64,000 nucleotides of DNA from an uncultured Gammaproteobacteria bacterium (GTDB lineage Bacteria > Pseudomonadota > Gammaproteobacteria > Steroidobacterales > GCA-2729495): NCBI GenBank assembly GCA_937921935.1, contig CAKZWQ010000029.1, positions 9,838-73,837 on the forward strand. The letters run 5' to 3'. Position numbers and translations under genes: made by a program. Below are positions 1-9,364 of this stretch, piece by piece (within the stretch, counting starts at the first letter, position 1; each line of letters opens with the position of its first letter). The notes under the pieces were generated by a model. The model had not been told where the DNA came from. It did not search any database and worked only from the letters and a program-made list of their open reading frames with translations.

Positions 1-650
1 CCTTAAACCAGCACCTGCTCAGCTATCGGGCACAGGTACAGGACGGTCAGTGGTCAGCAGCCGGTCAGTTCTGTCTGCTTGATCCGCCCGTGCGCGAACT
101 CAGCGGCAAAACCCTGGGCATCATCGGCCTGGGCAATCTAGGCAGCGCCGTGGCACAGGCGGCAGAGGCCTTCGGCCTGCACGTGTTGGCTGCGCGGCGA
201 CCCTATCGACTGGACGATGATTTTTTCATGTACGACGTGGGCACGGGCAAAGTCCCGCGCGTGGGCCTGAAGGCGCTGCTGGCCCGTTCCGACTACCTGA
301 GCCTGCACTGTCCCCTGACTCCGGAAACGGAGAATCTGATTAACGCCGAGTCTCTGGCCCTGATGCGGCCGGGCTGCGTGCTGATCAACACCGCCCGAGG
401 AGGCCTGGTGGAACCAACAGCCCTGCTCGGCGCATTGCGAGGCGGGCAGCTGGGCGCGGCCGGCATCGACGTGCTCAGTTCCGAGCCCCCGCCGGCCGAC
501 CACCCGCTACTGGCCGAGCAATTGCCGAATCTGATCGTCACGCCCCACCAGGCCTGGGGCGCAAGAGAAGCCCGGCAACGGGCGATCGACGAGTTGGCAG
601 CCAATGTAGCCGCCTTCAATAAGAGCGAACGGCGCAACCGGGTAGATTGA
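1..650 (+). CDS. D-isomer-specific 2-hydroxyacid dehydrogenase (glycerate/hydroxypyruvate reductase-like), 5' end cut by window edge
   Basis: Frame is open from position 3. NAD-binding 'GIIGLGNLGS', 'LINTARGGLV' and catalytic 'VTPHQAW' motifs. TGA stop at 648-650. Confidence 0.85.
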   Translation, partial: LNQHLLSYRAQVQDGQWSAAGQFCLLDPPVRELSGKTLGIIGLGNLGSAVAQAAEAFGLHVLAARRPYRLDDDFFMYDVGTGKVPRVGLKALLARSDYLSLHCPLTPETENLINAESLALMRPGCVLINTARGGLVEPTALLGALRGGQLGAAGIDVLSSEPPPADHPLLAEQLPNLIVTPHQAWGAREARQRAIDELAANVAAFNKSERRNRVD

Positions 651-748
651 CGCAGGGTGCGCTGCGGCGGCACCTCCCCAATGTCGCGAACGTCCGTTTT
701 CGAACCAAAGCGGATGGTCTGCGTTAGCGCCTTGACTAGAACATCGGT

Positions 749-1231
749 TCAAAGAAAAAGAATCGCTGCGAGTAAGCCAAGCGCCGCGCCTGCCGCATTG
801 AGAGCTACATCAAAAATGGTGCCGAAGCGGCCGGGCACTTTAGTCTGGTACCACTCCAACGTAGTGCCGAAACACACTGCAACGGTGAAGGCAATTAACA
901 AACCATACGATTTTGCATAGGTGGCATCGAGAACCCATTTCCATAGCAGCGTTAATACACCGTACAAGAAAACATGCATCGTTTTTTGCAGCAAAGTCGG
1001 CGTCTTCGCCACCAGCCAGACAAATACCGAATCACCGGGTTGTACGCGACCGGGAATAACAGAAGCAGCTATCAGCAGAAGCATGAAACACACGGTGATA
1101 ACGATGCGAGCTGTAAGCGAGACGCTGGTCATATGAGGTAACACCGAGAGGGCGGACTTGCGCAACATTATGCCGCCTGCAGCCCCCGGGCCCAATTGGC
1201 ACCCATTCAGGCTGCTTATGGGGAATGCCAA
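749..1231 (-). CDS. VanZ-like family membrane protein (true start probably internal, e.g. Met at 1168)
   Basis: About 4 hydrophobic helices. C-terminal 'LEWYQTKVPGRFGTIFDVALNAAGAALG' resembles the VanZ E..Q...GR...D..N..G signature. Confidence 0.65.
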   Translation of the reverse strand: MAFPISSLNGCQLGPGAAGGIMLRKSALSVLPHMTSVSLTARIVITVCFMLLLIAASVIPGRVQPGDSVFVWLVAKTPTLLQKTMHVFLYGVLTLLWKWVLDATYAKSYGLLIAFTVAVCFGTTLEWYQTKVPGRFGTIFDVALNAAGAALGLLAAILFL

Positions 1232-1308
1232 GACATGGATTCAGTCTAATTCCCACTTCCCGGGCCAGAGCAGATTTCGGTTATCCGCGATGCGGCTGCG
1301 GGCATTAA

Positions 1309-1334
1309 GTATTTTAATTGGTGCTCCTTTGGTC
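1309..1334 (+). repeat. Intergenic motif copy 1 (GTATT-n-TTAATTGGTGCT-nn-TTTGG)
   Basis: Shares an exact 12-mer plus flanking GTATT and TTTGG blocks with 2883-2910. Both copies are intergenic. Confidence 0.3.
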
Positions 1335-1464
1335 CGTAGTGATTAGGCGAGGGAGTTAGCAGCGTGGGTGACCGCCCTTTGTCGGCAGATGGATGGCCGT
1401 CGAGTGCTTGTTCAGCCCCAAAGGTATTCCTACCTATCCTGGATCACTGGTCAGAGGAATTGGC

Positions 1465-1839
1465 ATGTTTAAGCAAAAGAAAAGCTTTGCCCGCGATATG
1501 GTCACCATAACGAAGATGACAGAGATGTATTGCTCTGCACATCACGCTGATTCTCATAGCGCCCTGTGCGAAGACTGTGCGGACTTTGTCGATTACATTG
1601 AGGTGCGCCTGCAGAAATGCCCTTACGGTGAAAACAAACCCACTTGCGCCAACTGTCCGGTCCATTGCTACAAGCCGGCAAGAAGGGAGCAGGGCAATGC
1701 AATCATGCGGTACGCCGGCCCGAGAATGTTATTCCGCCACCCACTGTTGACCTTAGCCCACTATCTACAAGGCCTTATAAAGGTAGTTCATCCGCGCGAA
1801 TTAACACGCGAGCAGCGCGCGCGCTTGAAGATGAAATAA
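1465..1839 (+). CDS. Nitrous oxide-stimulated promoter (YgbA-like) family Cys-rich protein
   Basis: 'MYCSAHH...CEDCADFVDYIEVRLQKCPYGENKPTCANCPVHCYKP' matches the YgbA_NO family pattern. ATG at 1465 has AGAGGA 7 nt upstream; the longest ORF starts at 1393. Confidence 0.75.
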   Translation: MFKQKKSFARDMVTITKMTEMYCSAHHADSHSALCEDCADFVDYIEVRLQKCPYGENKPTCANCPVHCYKPARREQGNAIMRYAGPRMLFRHPLLTLAHYLQGLIKVVHPRELTREQRARLKMK

Positions 1840-1875
1840 CCGCAAGGCAATGCGGGGAAGAACTGCCTGACTTGA

Positions 1876-2661
1876 TCAGCTCTCGGCCAGCACAAATCTG
1901 GAATTGCGCATCAAGGCCGGCGGAATTCGATGTTTGATCTTTTCATGCAATCCGGGAAGCTCCGACCAGTGCAGGCCGGGACGGTAGTGATGCGCCGTGT
2001 GATAGCCAAGATTACCCGTCAGCAGGTTAAAGAGCGGGTTCGTGTTGTTGTATGAGGCCTGGAATGGATCATCAGTATCCAGACCACTGTGATGATCATG
2101 GGTCACCCAAGCGGTAAACAACAGACTGACTATCATCGGTAATACGAAGACGAGCAGCGCCGGCAAAAACCGGAACCAGCAAAGCACCGCAAGGCCAATC
2201 AAGGTCAGTGCGGAGTAGAACAGAAAGTCGCGCTGCACCCGCGGAAACTTTCTGCCAACCTGGTAGCCTCGATAGTAGGCTGTTCCCGCGATATTCATCG
2301 TGTATTCCAGTGCGCTCATGGTCCGGCCATCTGAGCTTTTCCAGCCGCTCTCATCAAGGTCCTGATCGAGAAAATTCCTGTGATGACCGAGCACATGGTG
2401 CAGCACCCACAGGTTCGTCGTTACGCCGGTATGTAATGCGTAGAAAAATTCCAGGATGCGGTTAAGAATTTTGGAGTGGAAGGTCACCGTGTGCTGGTGA
2501 TGATGATTCCAGGCACAAATCACGCCCTTCGGCACGATGGATATCAACGTATACGTCACCAACCATGCGACGTTATCGACATAAAAATACACACTGAAGT
2601 CGATCAGGCTCATCACAAGCACAATGAAAACCGGAAAGCGGTCGGCGGAAAATCTGAACAT
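1876..2661 (-). CDS. Fatty acid desaturase-family membrane di-iron enzyme
   Basis: Three His boxes ('WNHHHQH', 'HHVLGHH', 'HTAHH') in a polytopic membrane protein. Confidence 0.8.
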   Translation of the reverse strand: MFRFSADRFPVFIVLVMSLIDFSVYFYVDNVAWLVTYTLISIVPKGVICAWNHHHQHTVTFHSKILNRILEFFYALHTGVTTNLWVLHHVLGHHRNFLDQDLDESGWKSSDGRTMSALEYTMNIAGTAYYRGYQVGRKFPRVQRDFLFYSALTLIGLAVLCWFRFLPALLVFVLPMIVSLLFTAWVTHDHHSGLDTDDPFQASYNNTNPLFNLLTGNLGYHTAHHYRPGLHWSELPGLHEKIKHRIPPALMRNSRFVLAES

Positions 2662-2882
2662 AAATGTGACCCTGGGTCAGGCCTTTCCTGATCCCTCAAT
2701 CCCAATACGTGGTTGCGAAAAAAGCCCGCAGGCTAGCATGGCGATGCTGCCAAGAGCGCGCCGTGCCACTCATAATCCGGCACGAACCGCAACGCGGTTA
2801 CGACATTTGGGCAGCAGATAGGTAAAGAATCACTGCATCAGCGGGCTATTGCAAACCCCGTTTGCTGCGCCCATTTTCGGGG

Positions 2883-2910
2883 GTATTGAGTTAATTGGTG
2901 CTTTTTGGCC
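2883..2910 (+). repeat. Intergenic motif copy 2 (GTATT-nnn-TTAATTGGTGCT-n-TTTGG)
   Basis: See copy 1. Lies in the 480-bp gap between the desaturase and phosphatase-like lipoprotein genes. Confidence 0.3.
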
Positions 2911-3141
2911 GGATCGCCCGAATTTCAAGGCTATATGGTCTGATCAGGCGACCGCTTTGGGCCGATGGTGAATTTTGAGCCCCCACCTGCCATGAGATAA
3001 TGTTTGTGTTATCAATGACCTCAACGTGGAGTGGCGCAGCGGATTTTCCGGATCAGCCGGCGAAGCAATCGATCCGGCAATTAGGGCAAACAGAAGAATC
3101 GGCAGACACTCAGCAATCCGCTGCAATGGCCTGGGATAGCA

Positions 3142-3729
3142 ATGATCATAGAAAAGAGTTGCCGTGTCGCGTTAATCCTAATCTTAGGGCTCTGCTTCCT
3201 CGCTGCCTGCGGCCCACAACCGGGTGAGTCGAAAAACACGAAGTTTGACACCAGCCCCATGCCCGGAGTCACCAACTTCGCGCGGATAGACGGCTCGTCG
3301 GGCTTCGCCGGAGATTCGGCAGGTTTTGGCGGCGCGACGGAACCATCCGCCATGGCTGCACTTAAGAACGAGGGCTTTGCCACCGTCATCAATCTGCGCC
3401 TCGCCAAAGAAAGGGGTGCAGATATAGAGGCCGACCGGGCCGCTGCTGAGCAGGCCGGTCTCAAATTTGTTCACCTGCCGTTCTTTTCCCAAGATGCGAC
3501 ACCAGAAGTCGTCGATAATTTCCTGGCAACGGTCGGTAACGCGGACAATCAGCCGGTCTACATTTACTGCGGATCAGGAACCCGGGCAGTCGCACTCTGG
3601 ATGACCGGGCGTGTTCTGGTTGATGGGTGGGACATCGAGACAGCCAGCACGGAAGCCGGGAGTATCGCAGCGATGCCCGAGCGTACCGTGGCGCTTGCCG
3701 AAAACATCATCGATTCAACACAGCCGTGA
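3142..3729 (+). CDS. Lipoprotein with protein-tyrosine-phosphatase-like (CX5R) domain
   Basis: Signal peptide with lipobox 'FLAAC'. P-loop 'YIYCGSGTRA' (CX5R). Confidence 0.65.
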   Translation: MIIEKSCRVALILILGLCFLAACGPQPGESKNTKFDTSPMPGVTNFARIDGSSGFAGDSAGFGGATEPSAMAALKNEGFATVINLRLAKERGADIEADRAAAEQAGLKFVHLPFFSQDATPEVVDNFLATVGNADNQPVYIYCGSGTRAVALWMTGRVLVDGWDIETASTEAGSIAAMPERTVALAENIIDSTQP

Positions 3730-3853
3730 ATCAACAGCCGTTCGGCTGCTGGCCGCGCAAGTTCAGTGGTTTGTCGAGACGGAGAAGGGCTCGACAGGCG
3801 CGGAATGTCCGCTGAGGAACCCAAAGCGCACATTCAATAACGCCGGCTAATAC

Positions 3854-6346
3854 TCAGCCGTCGCGCAGCACAGCGACCGGCGGTTCATTAACGGCCCCGC
3901 GCGTGGCCAGGGTGCCGCAAAAACCCACGATCAGGGCGCCGACCAGGCAGCCCACCAGCCATATCCACGGATTGAGACCGTAATCCAGCTCAAAAGCCTG
4001 TTCTGCGACCACCCAGCCAACCGCCGTGGCGCCAAAGGCGGCGAGCAGGCCGGCCAAGGTCCCCAGGGCGGTAAATTCCACCGCCAGCCCCTGCATGATG
4101 GTGCGGCGGCCGGCACCCAGGGTATGCAGAATGGCGCTCTCGAAGCGGCGCTCATCCTTGGTGACCTGGATGGCCGCCAGCAGCACGGTAATGCCCGCCA
4201 GCAGGGTGAACAGGAACACGTACTGCACAGCCATGGAGGCCCGCTCGATGATCATGCGCACCTGGCTCAGGATGACTTCCAGATCCAGCAGGGTCACCCC
4301 CGGGAACTCGCGCACGAAATCACTCAGAATGCGCCGCTTTTCCGGCGGGATGAAAACGCTCGCAATATAAGTCTGCGGCAATTCTTCCGTGAGACCCGGC
4401 GACAACATCACGAAAAAGTTGGGCTGCATGGAATCCCATTCCACAAAGCGCAAACTGGTAACGCGAACATCCACATCCTCGCCACCGACATTGAAACCGA
4501 GGGTGTCACCCACGGCGATTCCCAGGTCACGGGCGATACCCACCTCCAGAGAGGCCTCGATCTCGCCTTGATTAGCCGCCGCCCACCATTCGCCTTCGCG
4601 AATCTCGTTAGTCTCGGGCAATGCGCTGCGCCAGGTCAGGTTGCCCTCACGTTTGGCGAAGTTTTCTGCCCGTGGATTCGGAAATTGGATGTCATCAACG
4701 GCCTCTCCCTTGATGCGGGTCACCCGCCCGCGCAAGAAAGGCAGGTAGTCTGGCGCCGTACCGATTTTCTCCTCAAAAAAATCGCTGATGCCCGGCCACT
4801 GCTCCGGCTCGATGTTGATCAGAAAATAATTCGGTGCATCCTCAGGCACGGTGCGTTGCCATTCACTCAACAAGTCACTGCGCACGAGGGTAAGCAGCAA
4901 GAGCACCATCAATGACAAGGCAAAGGCTACGATCTGCACGACGCTTTCACTGCCCCGCCGGGAAATATTGGCCAGGCCATAGCGCCAGGACACGCCCGCC
5001 GCACCGCGGAATCGGGTCAGGATCCAGACCAGGAACCAGCCGCCGGCCACCGCCGTCGCGCCGACTATGATCAGGCCACCGGCGATCAGGCCAAGCATCA
5101 GCAGGTCCTGCACGATGGCGCCGATCATGAACAGCAAAGCCAGGATGGCGATGCCGTAACTTAAGCCCGTATTGAGTCGCGGTGGCGGCAAGTCATGGCG
5201 CAGCACCCGCATGGGCGGTGTGTCCTTGAGCTTAAGCAGGTGGGGCAAGGCAAAGCCGACGGTGATCGTAGCGGCCGTCAGCAATCCCAGCGCGCCGGCG
5301 AACCACGACGCCGGCGGCAAATCGACTTTGAGGAGGCTGGCCCCCAGGCCGACGAGCACGCCTTGCGCGCCATAACCCAGGAAAGTGCCTAGCAGGGCCG
5401 TGACGACGATGACCAGTCCGAGCTGAGACAGGGTGCTGACCAGGATAAAGCCCTGGGTCGCGCCCAGGCTCTTCATCAAGGCAATGGTGTCCAGGTGACG
5501 CAAGGCATACCGGCGCGCGGCCATCGCCGTGGCAACGGCGGCAAGAATTACGGTGACCAGGGAAGCCAGGGTCAGAAAACGTTGGGCCCGATCAATGGCT
5601 GCGGTTATTTGCTCGCCAGCATCTTCCAGCCCGCGAATGCGCACACTCTTGCCCACGCGGACGCGCAGCTCGGCTCGCCAGTCGTCGACCGCGCCGGGTT
5701 CACCGGCAAAAATCTGTCGGTAAGTAATGCGACTGCCCGGCTTGATCACGTCAAAGGCCTGGACATCAGCGATATTGACCAGCAAGCCGGCGGCCAGCTG
5801 CGAGAAACCACCCACACCCTGGCCGGGCTGATAATCCAGGACCTGGGTGACCACGACGCTGGCACTGCCCACCACCAGGGTGGCGCCCACATCAACATCC
5901 AGGCGCGCCAGCAGGCCAGGTTCGGCCCAGGCCTCACCCGGCGCGGGAATGCCCTGGACGGGCGCAGCTTCGCCAAACATCTGGGGTGAGACCAGGATCT
6001 CGCCGCGCAGGGGGTAACCGGAGCTAACGGCTTTAATCAGGGCCAGAGAATTGTTGTCTGCCGCCAGGGCCATGGTGGGAAAGGTCATCAGCTCGGCGGC
6101 ATCCAGACCGCGAGCGCGCGCGTCGCGCATGTACTCCGCCGGGATCGGATCAGTGGAGCTTAAGTCCAGGTCACCGGCCAGCACCGCGCTGGCCTGGGTA
6201 CGAATGGCGCCGCCGACACGGTCTGTGAAAAAACCCACCGCCGTCATCGCCGTAACGGCCACCACGATGGCCGCCAGCAGCACGCCCAGCTCGCCCGTGC
6301 GTGAATCCCGCAGCAGGGTCTTCAGGCCGAAGCGTAAGCCGCTCAT
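3854..6346 (-). CDS. ybbP: ABC transporter permease, duplicated FtsX-type (YbbP-like)
   Basis: 830 aa with two FtsX-like 4-TM modules. Overlaps the upstream ATPase gene by 4 nt. Sits in the classic tesA/ybbA/ybbP arrangement. Confidence 0.85.
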   Translation of the reverse strand: MSGLRFGLKTLLRDSRTGELGVLLAAIVVAVTAMTAVGFFTDRVGGAIRTQASAVLAGDLDLSSTDPIPAEYMRDARARGLDAAELMTFPTMALAADNNSLALIKAVSSGYPLRGEILVSPQMFGEAAPVQGIPAPGEAWAEPGLLARLDVDVGATLVVGSASVVVTQVLDYQPGQGVGGFSQLAAGLLVNIADVQAFDVIKPGSRITYRQIFAGEPGAVDDWRAELRVRVGKSVRIRGLEDAGEQITAAIDRAQRFLTLASLVTVILAAVATAMAARRYALRHLDTIALMKSLGATQGFILVSTLSQLGLVIVVTALLGTFLGYGAQGVLVGLGASLLKVDLPPASWFAGALGLLTAATITVGFALPHLLKLKDTPPMRVLRHDLPPPRLNTGLSYGIAILALLFMIGAIVQDLLMLGLIAGGLIIVGATAVAGGWFLVWILTRFRGAAGVSWRYGLANISRRGSESVVQIVAFALSLMVLLLLTLVRSDLLSEWQRTVPEDAPNYFLINIEPEQWPGISDFFEEKIGTAPDYLPFLRGRVTRIKGEAVDDIQFPNPRAENFAKREGNLTWRSALPETNEIREGEWWAAANQGEIEASLEVGIARDLGIAVGDTLGFNVGGEDVDVRVTSLRFVEWDSMQPNFFVMLSPGLTEELPQTYIASVFIPPEKRRILSDFVREFPGVTLLDLEVILSQVRMIIERASMAVQYVFLFTLLAGITVLLAAIQVTKDERRFESAILHTLGAGRRTIMQGLAVEFTALGTLAGLLAAFGATAVGWVVAEQAFELDYGLNPWIWLVGCLVGALIVGFCGTLATRGAVNEPPVAVLRDG

Positions 6347-7014
6347 GGCACCACTTTGCCGCTGGCCAGCTCGATAATCCGGTCGCAGCGTGCGGCCAGT
6401 TCACGATCATGGGTAACCAGCACCAGGGTGGTCTGGAATTCCTTGTTCAGATCAAACAGCAGCGAGGCGACGCGCTCGCCCGTGGCGGTATCCAGGTTGC
6501 CGGTTGGCTCATCGGCGAACAGGACTTCCGGTTTGGTGATAAAGGCGCGGGAGATAGCCACGCGTTGCTTTTCCCCGCCGGAGAGCTGATTCGGATAGTG
6601 GCCCAGGCGCTCACCCAGGCCCATGCTGGTCAAGGCATCGGTGGCCCGCGCCTTCGCCCCGTCCGCGCCCGTGAGCTCCAGGGGCAACATAACGTTCTCC
6701 AGGGCTGTCAGGGAGGGCACCAGGTGAAAGGACTGGAAGACAAAGCCCACCCGGTCGCCGCGCAGGCGGGCCCGGCCATCTTCGTCCAGGGCGGTCAGCT
6801 CCTCACCACACAGCCACACGTGGCCGTGGCTGGGTCGGTCCAGGCCGGCCAGCAAGGCCAGCAGGGTGGTCTTGCCGGCCCCTGAAGGCCCCACAAGGGC
6901 CACAGACTCGCCCGACTGCACCGCTATGCGGACGTCATCCAGAATAGTCAGGGACCCCTCCGGGCTGCTAACTTTCTTGCTCAGTGCTTCGGTGCGCAAC
7001 ACGATGTCTTGCAT
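6343..7014 (-). CDS. ybbA: ABC transporter ATP-binding protein (YbbA-like)
   Basis: Walker A 'GPSGAGKT', signature 'LSGGEKQR', Walker B 'LFADEPT'. Start chosen at 'MQDIVLRTEAL' by N-terminal comparison with the remembered E. coli YbbA N-terminus; the longest ORF extends to 7098. Confidence 0.9.
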   Translation of the reverse strand: MQDIVLRTEALSKKVSSPEGSLTILDDVRIAVQSGESVALVGPSGAGKTTLLALLAGLDRPSHGHVWLCGEELTALDEDGRARLRGDRVGFVFQSFHLVPSLTALENVMLPLELTGADGAKARATDALTSMGLGERLGHYPNQLSGGEKQRVAISRAFITKPEVLFADEPTGNLDTATGERVASLLFDLNKEFQTTLVLVTHDRELAARCDRIIELASGKVVP

Positions 7015-7675
7015 GCGGTTATCCATAAAAGGAGTGTTCGTTCTGCTGCTGCTAGCGGTTGCAGGGTCCATTCCTGCCCAACCGCCGGCCCCGGTCATTC
7101 TGGTGGTTGGGGACAGTCTCAGTGCCGGTTTTGGTATCGAGATCTCAGATGGCTGGGTGGCGCTGCTACAAGACCGGCTGCGGCAGAAAGGTTACGAATA
7201 TCGGGTGGTTAATGCCAGCATCAGCGGCGATACCACCGGCGGGGGCCTGCGCCGCCTGCCGCGGGCCCTGAAACGCCACCAGCCGGCCATTACCCTGCTG
7301 GAGCTGGGCGGCAACGACGGCCTGCGCGCCACGCCGGTGGCCGTCATGAGGCGCAACCTGGAGCGCATGATTGAACTCAGCCAGGCGGCCGGCTCGGCGG
7401 TCATCCTGGCAGGCATGCAGATTCCACCTAACTACGGCGTGACCTACACCACCGAGTTTGCCGAGGTTTACACCGACCTGGCGGCAGAACGGGAGGTCGG
7501 ACTGATTCCCTTCTTTATGGACGGTGTGGCCCTGCAGCCCGAGTTACTGCTGCCGGATCTGATTCACCCAAACGCGGACGGTCAACCGGTATTGCTGGAG
7601 AATGCGTGGGCGTCACTCAAGCCCCTGTTAAAAAAATCTACCAGTGCTGTTGAAGCAGCGACCCTGGTGCCGTGA
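7013..7675 (+). CDS. tesA: SGNH/GDSL arylesterase - acyl-CoA thioesterase I / lysophospholipase L1 (TesA-like), secreted
   Basis: Signal peptide 'MRLSIKGVFVLLLLAVAGSIPA'. Block motifs 'VVGDSLSAG', 'LGGNDG', 'DLIHPN'. Divergent from ybbA. Confidence 0.85.
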   Translation: MRLSIKGVFVLLLLAVAGSIPAQPPAPVILVVGDSLSAGFGIEISDGWVALLQDRLRQKGYEYRVVNASISGDTTGGGLRRLPRALKRHQPAITLLELGGNDGLRATPVAVMRRNLERMIELSQAAGSAVILAGMQIPPNYGVTYTTEFAEVYTDLAAEREVGLIPFFMDGVALQPELLLPDLIHPNADGQPVLLENAWASLKPLLKKSTSAVEAATLVP

Positions 7676-7811
7676 GCTTGTCAAAGCGCGCGATGGGCTC
7701 GTCCCTGCCTCCCCTTTTTCCTGTAATCACTCGTGCTGACGGTTTTCCCTGATAGCGAAAATCCGGCCGCCCGTTAGGCTATATGGTCGGGGTTAGTCAG
7801 CCCCCGGGGAG

Positions 7812-8576
7812 TTGACCGGTAGCGTGGGCTGCTGTCGTTTGGGAGGCTTGGCGCTGAAAATCCTGCTGCGGAATTTGCTGAATAACATGACTGACCTAGC
7901 GCCCATTGTCGGGGTGGTCGGGTTCTTCGAAGTCGTCGTTCTGCAACAGGTCCCGCAGAACCTTTTCGGCCTGCTGATCGGCTTAGTGCTGGTGCTGGCT
8001 GGCCTGACCCTGTTTATTCAGGGCCTGGAACTCGGCCTGTTTCCGCTGGGAGAGAGCATGGCCCATGCATTCGCGCGCAAGGGTTCAGTGTTCTGGCTGA
8101 TCGTCTTCGCCTTTGCACTGGGTTTCGGCACCACGGTCGCCGAACCGGCCCTGATCGCCATTGCGGAAGAGGCCTCAGAGATCGCGGCCGACGCAAATAT
8201 GATTGTCGATTCAGATGATGCGCGTGAGACGTACGCCCTTGGCCTGCGACTGACTGTCGCCTTGTCAGTCGGTGCAGCCATCGTGATCGGCGTCATTCGT
8301 ATCATCAAGGGCTGGCCAATCCACATCATGATTGCGGCGGGTTACGTCCTGGTCGTGATCATGACTTCCCTGGCGCCGCGAGAGATTATCGGCCTGGCCT
8401 ACGATTCCGGGGGCGTGACCACATCCACAATCACCGTCCCCCTCGTGACTGCCCTGGGCGTGGGTCTGGCCTCATCCATCAAGGGACGGAACCCGATGCT
8501 GGATGGCTTCGGCCTGATCGCATTTGCATCGCTGACACCGATGATATTCGTGATGCTCTATGGGATGCTCATCTGA
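7812..8576 (+). CDS. DUF1538-family polytopic membrane protein, copy 1 (start uncertain; TTG 7812 is the longest ORF)
   Basis: Motifs '[15 protein letters not shown]' and '[25 protein letters not shown]...[11 protein letters not shown]' are shared with the next ORF. Its stop overlaps the next start (TGATG). Confidence 0.8.
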   Translation: MTGSVGCCRLGGLALKILLRNLLNNMTDLAPIVGVVGFFEVVVLQQVPQNLFGLLIGLVLVLAGLTLFIQGLELGLFPLGESMAHAFARKGSVFWLIVFAFALGFGTTVAEPALIAIAEEASEIAADANMIVDSDDARETYALGLRLTVALSVGAAIVIGVIRIIKGWPIHIMIAAGYVLVVIMTSLAPREIIGLAYDSGGVTTSTITVPLVTALGVGLASSIKGRNPMLDGFGLIAFASLTPMIFVMLYGMLI

Positions 8577-9364
8577 TGAATGCGTTGAGCATATTCGTGG
8601 ATGTATTTGTCGAGACGATGCGCGACGTTTTTCCAATCGTTGCGATCCTCATTTTCTTCCAGTTTGCGATCCTGCGCCGGCCGCTGCCGAACCCGAAGCG
8701 GCTCCTGACTGGCTTCGCCTTTGTGCTGTTCGGCCTTGTGCTGTTTCTGATCGGGCTGGAGAAGGCCTTGTTCCCGATCGGTCGCCTGATGGCCGAGCAG
8801 TTCACTAACCCGGCCTTTGTCGGAGCGGAGCCGGGTGAGGTCGTCGACTGGCAGAAGTACTACTGGGTATACCTGTTCGCGTTCGCTGTCGGCTTCAGTA
8901 CGACGGTGGCCGAGCCAGCCCTGATTGCCGTTGCGATCAAGGCGGCTGAACTGTCCAGCGGCGCCATTGGTTCCTGGGGACTGAGGCTTGCGGTGGCGCT
9001 TGGGGTGGCAACAGGCATTTCCCTGGGGTGTTTTCGGATCGTGACAGGTATACCGATCCACTACTTCATCATCACCGGCTATGTGGTGGTGGTCGTGCAG
9101 ACGCTGTTCGCGCCGAAATTAATTATTCCGCTGGCCTATGATTCCGGCGGCGTAACAACGTCGACGGTAACAGTCCCGCTGGTTGCGGCCCTTGGCCTCG
9201 GACTGGCCGAGAACGTGCCCGGTCGTAGTGTTTTGATAGACGGATTTGGTTTGATTGCATTTGCCAGCCTGTTTCCGATTATGTCGGTAATGGCTTACGC
9301 GCAGATTGCCGAATGGCGGGCCGGCCGCCGCAGCAGGCCAGAGAAAGAAGGAGTGGTGTCATGA
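8576..9364 (+). CDS. DUF1538-family polytopic membrane protein, copy 2
   Basis: Paralogue of the preceding ORF ('[15 protein letters not shown]', '[25 protein letters not shown]...[11 protein letters not shown]'). Confidence 0.85.
   Translation: MNALSIFVDVFVETMRDVFPIVAILIFFQFAILRRPLPNPKRLLTGFAFVLFGLVLFLIGLEKALFPIGRLMAEQFTNPAFVGAEPGEVVDWQKYYWVYLFAFAVGFSTTVAEPALIAVAIKAAELSSGAIGSWGLRLAVALGVATGISLGCFRIVTGIPIHYFIITGYVVVVVQTLFAPKLIIPLAYDSGGVTTSTVTVPLVAALGLGLAENVPGRSVLIDGFGLIAFASLFPIMSVMAYAQIAEWRAGRRSRPEKEGVVS

Noticed and set aside
2928-2940. 13-mer AGGCTATATGGTC occurs at 2928-2940 and 7776-7788, both upstream of plus-strand genes.
   Set aside because: Tens of exact 13-mer pairs are expected by chance in 64 kb. 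There is no extended similarity around it. At most it is a shared -10-like TATAT element.
2944-3126. 60-aa minus-strand ORF with one hydrophobic segment in the 480-bp gap. A weak AGCC-TGCG-GGCT+T6 hairpin lies on the minus strand near 2726-2743 and could terminate it.
   Set aside because: It has a TTG start with no convincing RBS. The stem is very short (4 bp). There is no family resemblance, so the evidence is insufficient to call a gene or sRNA.
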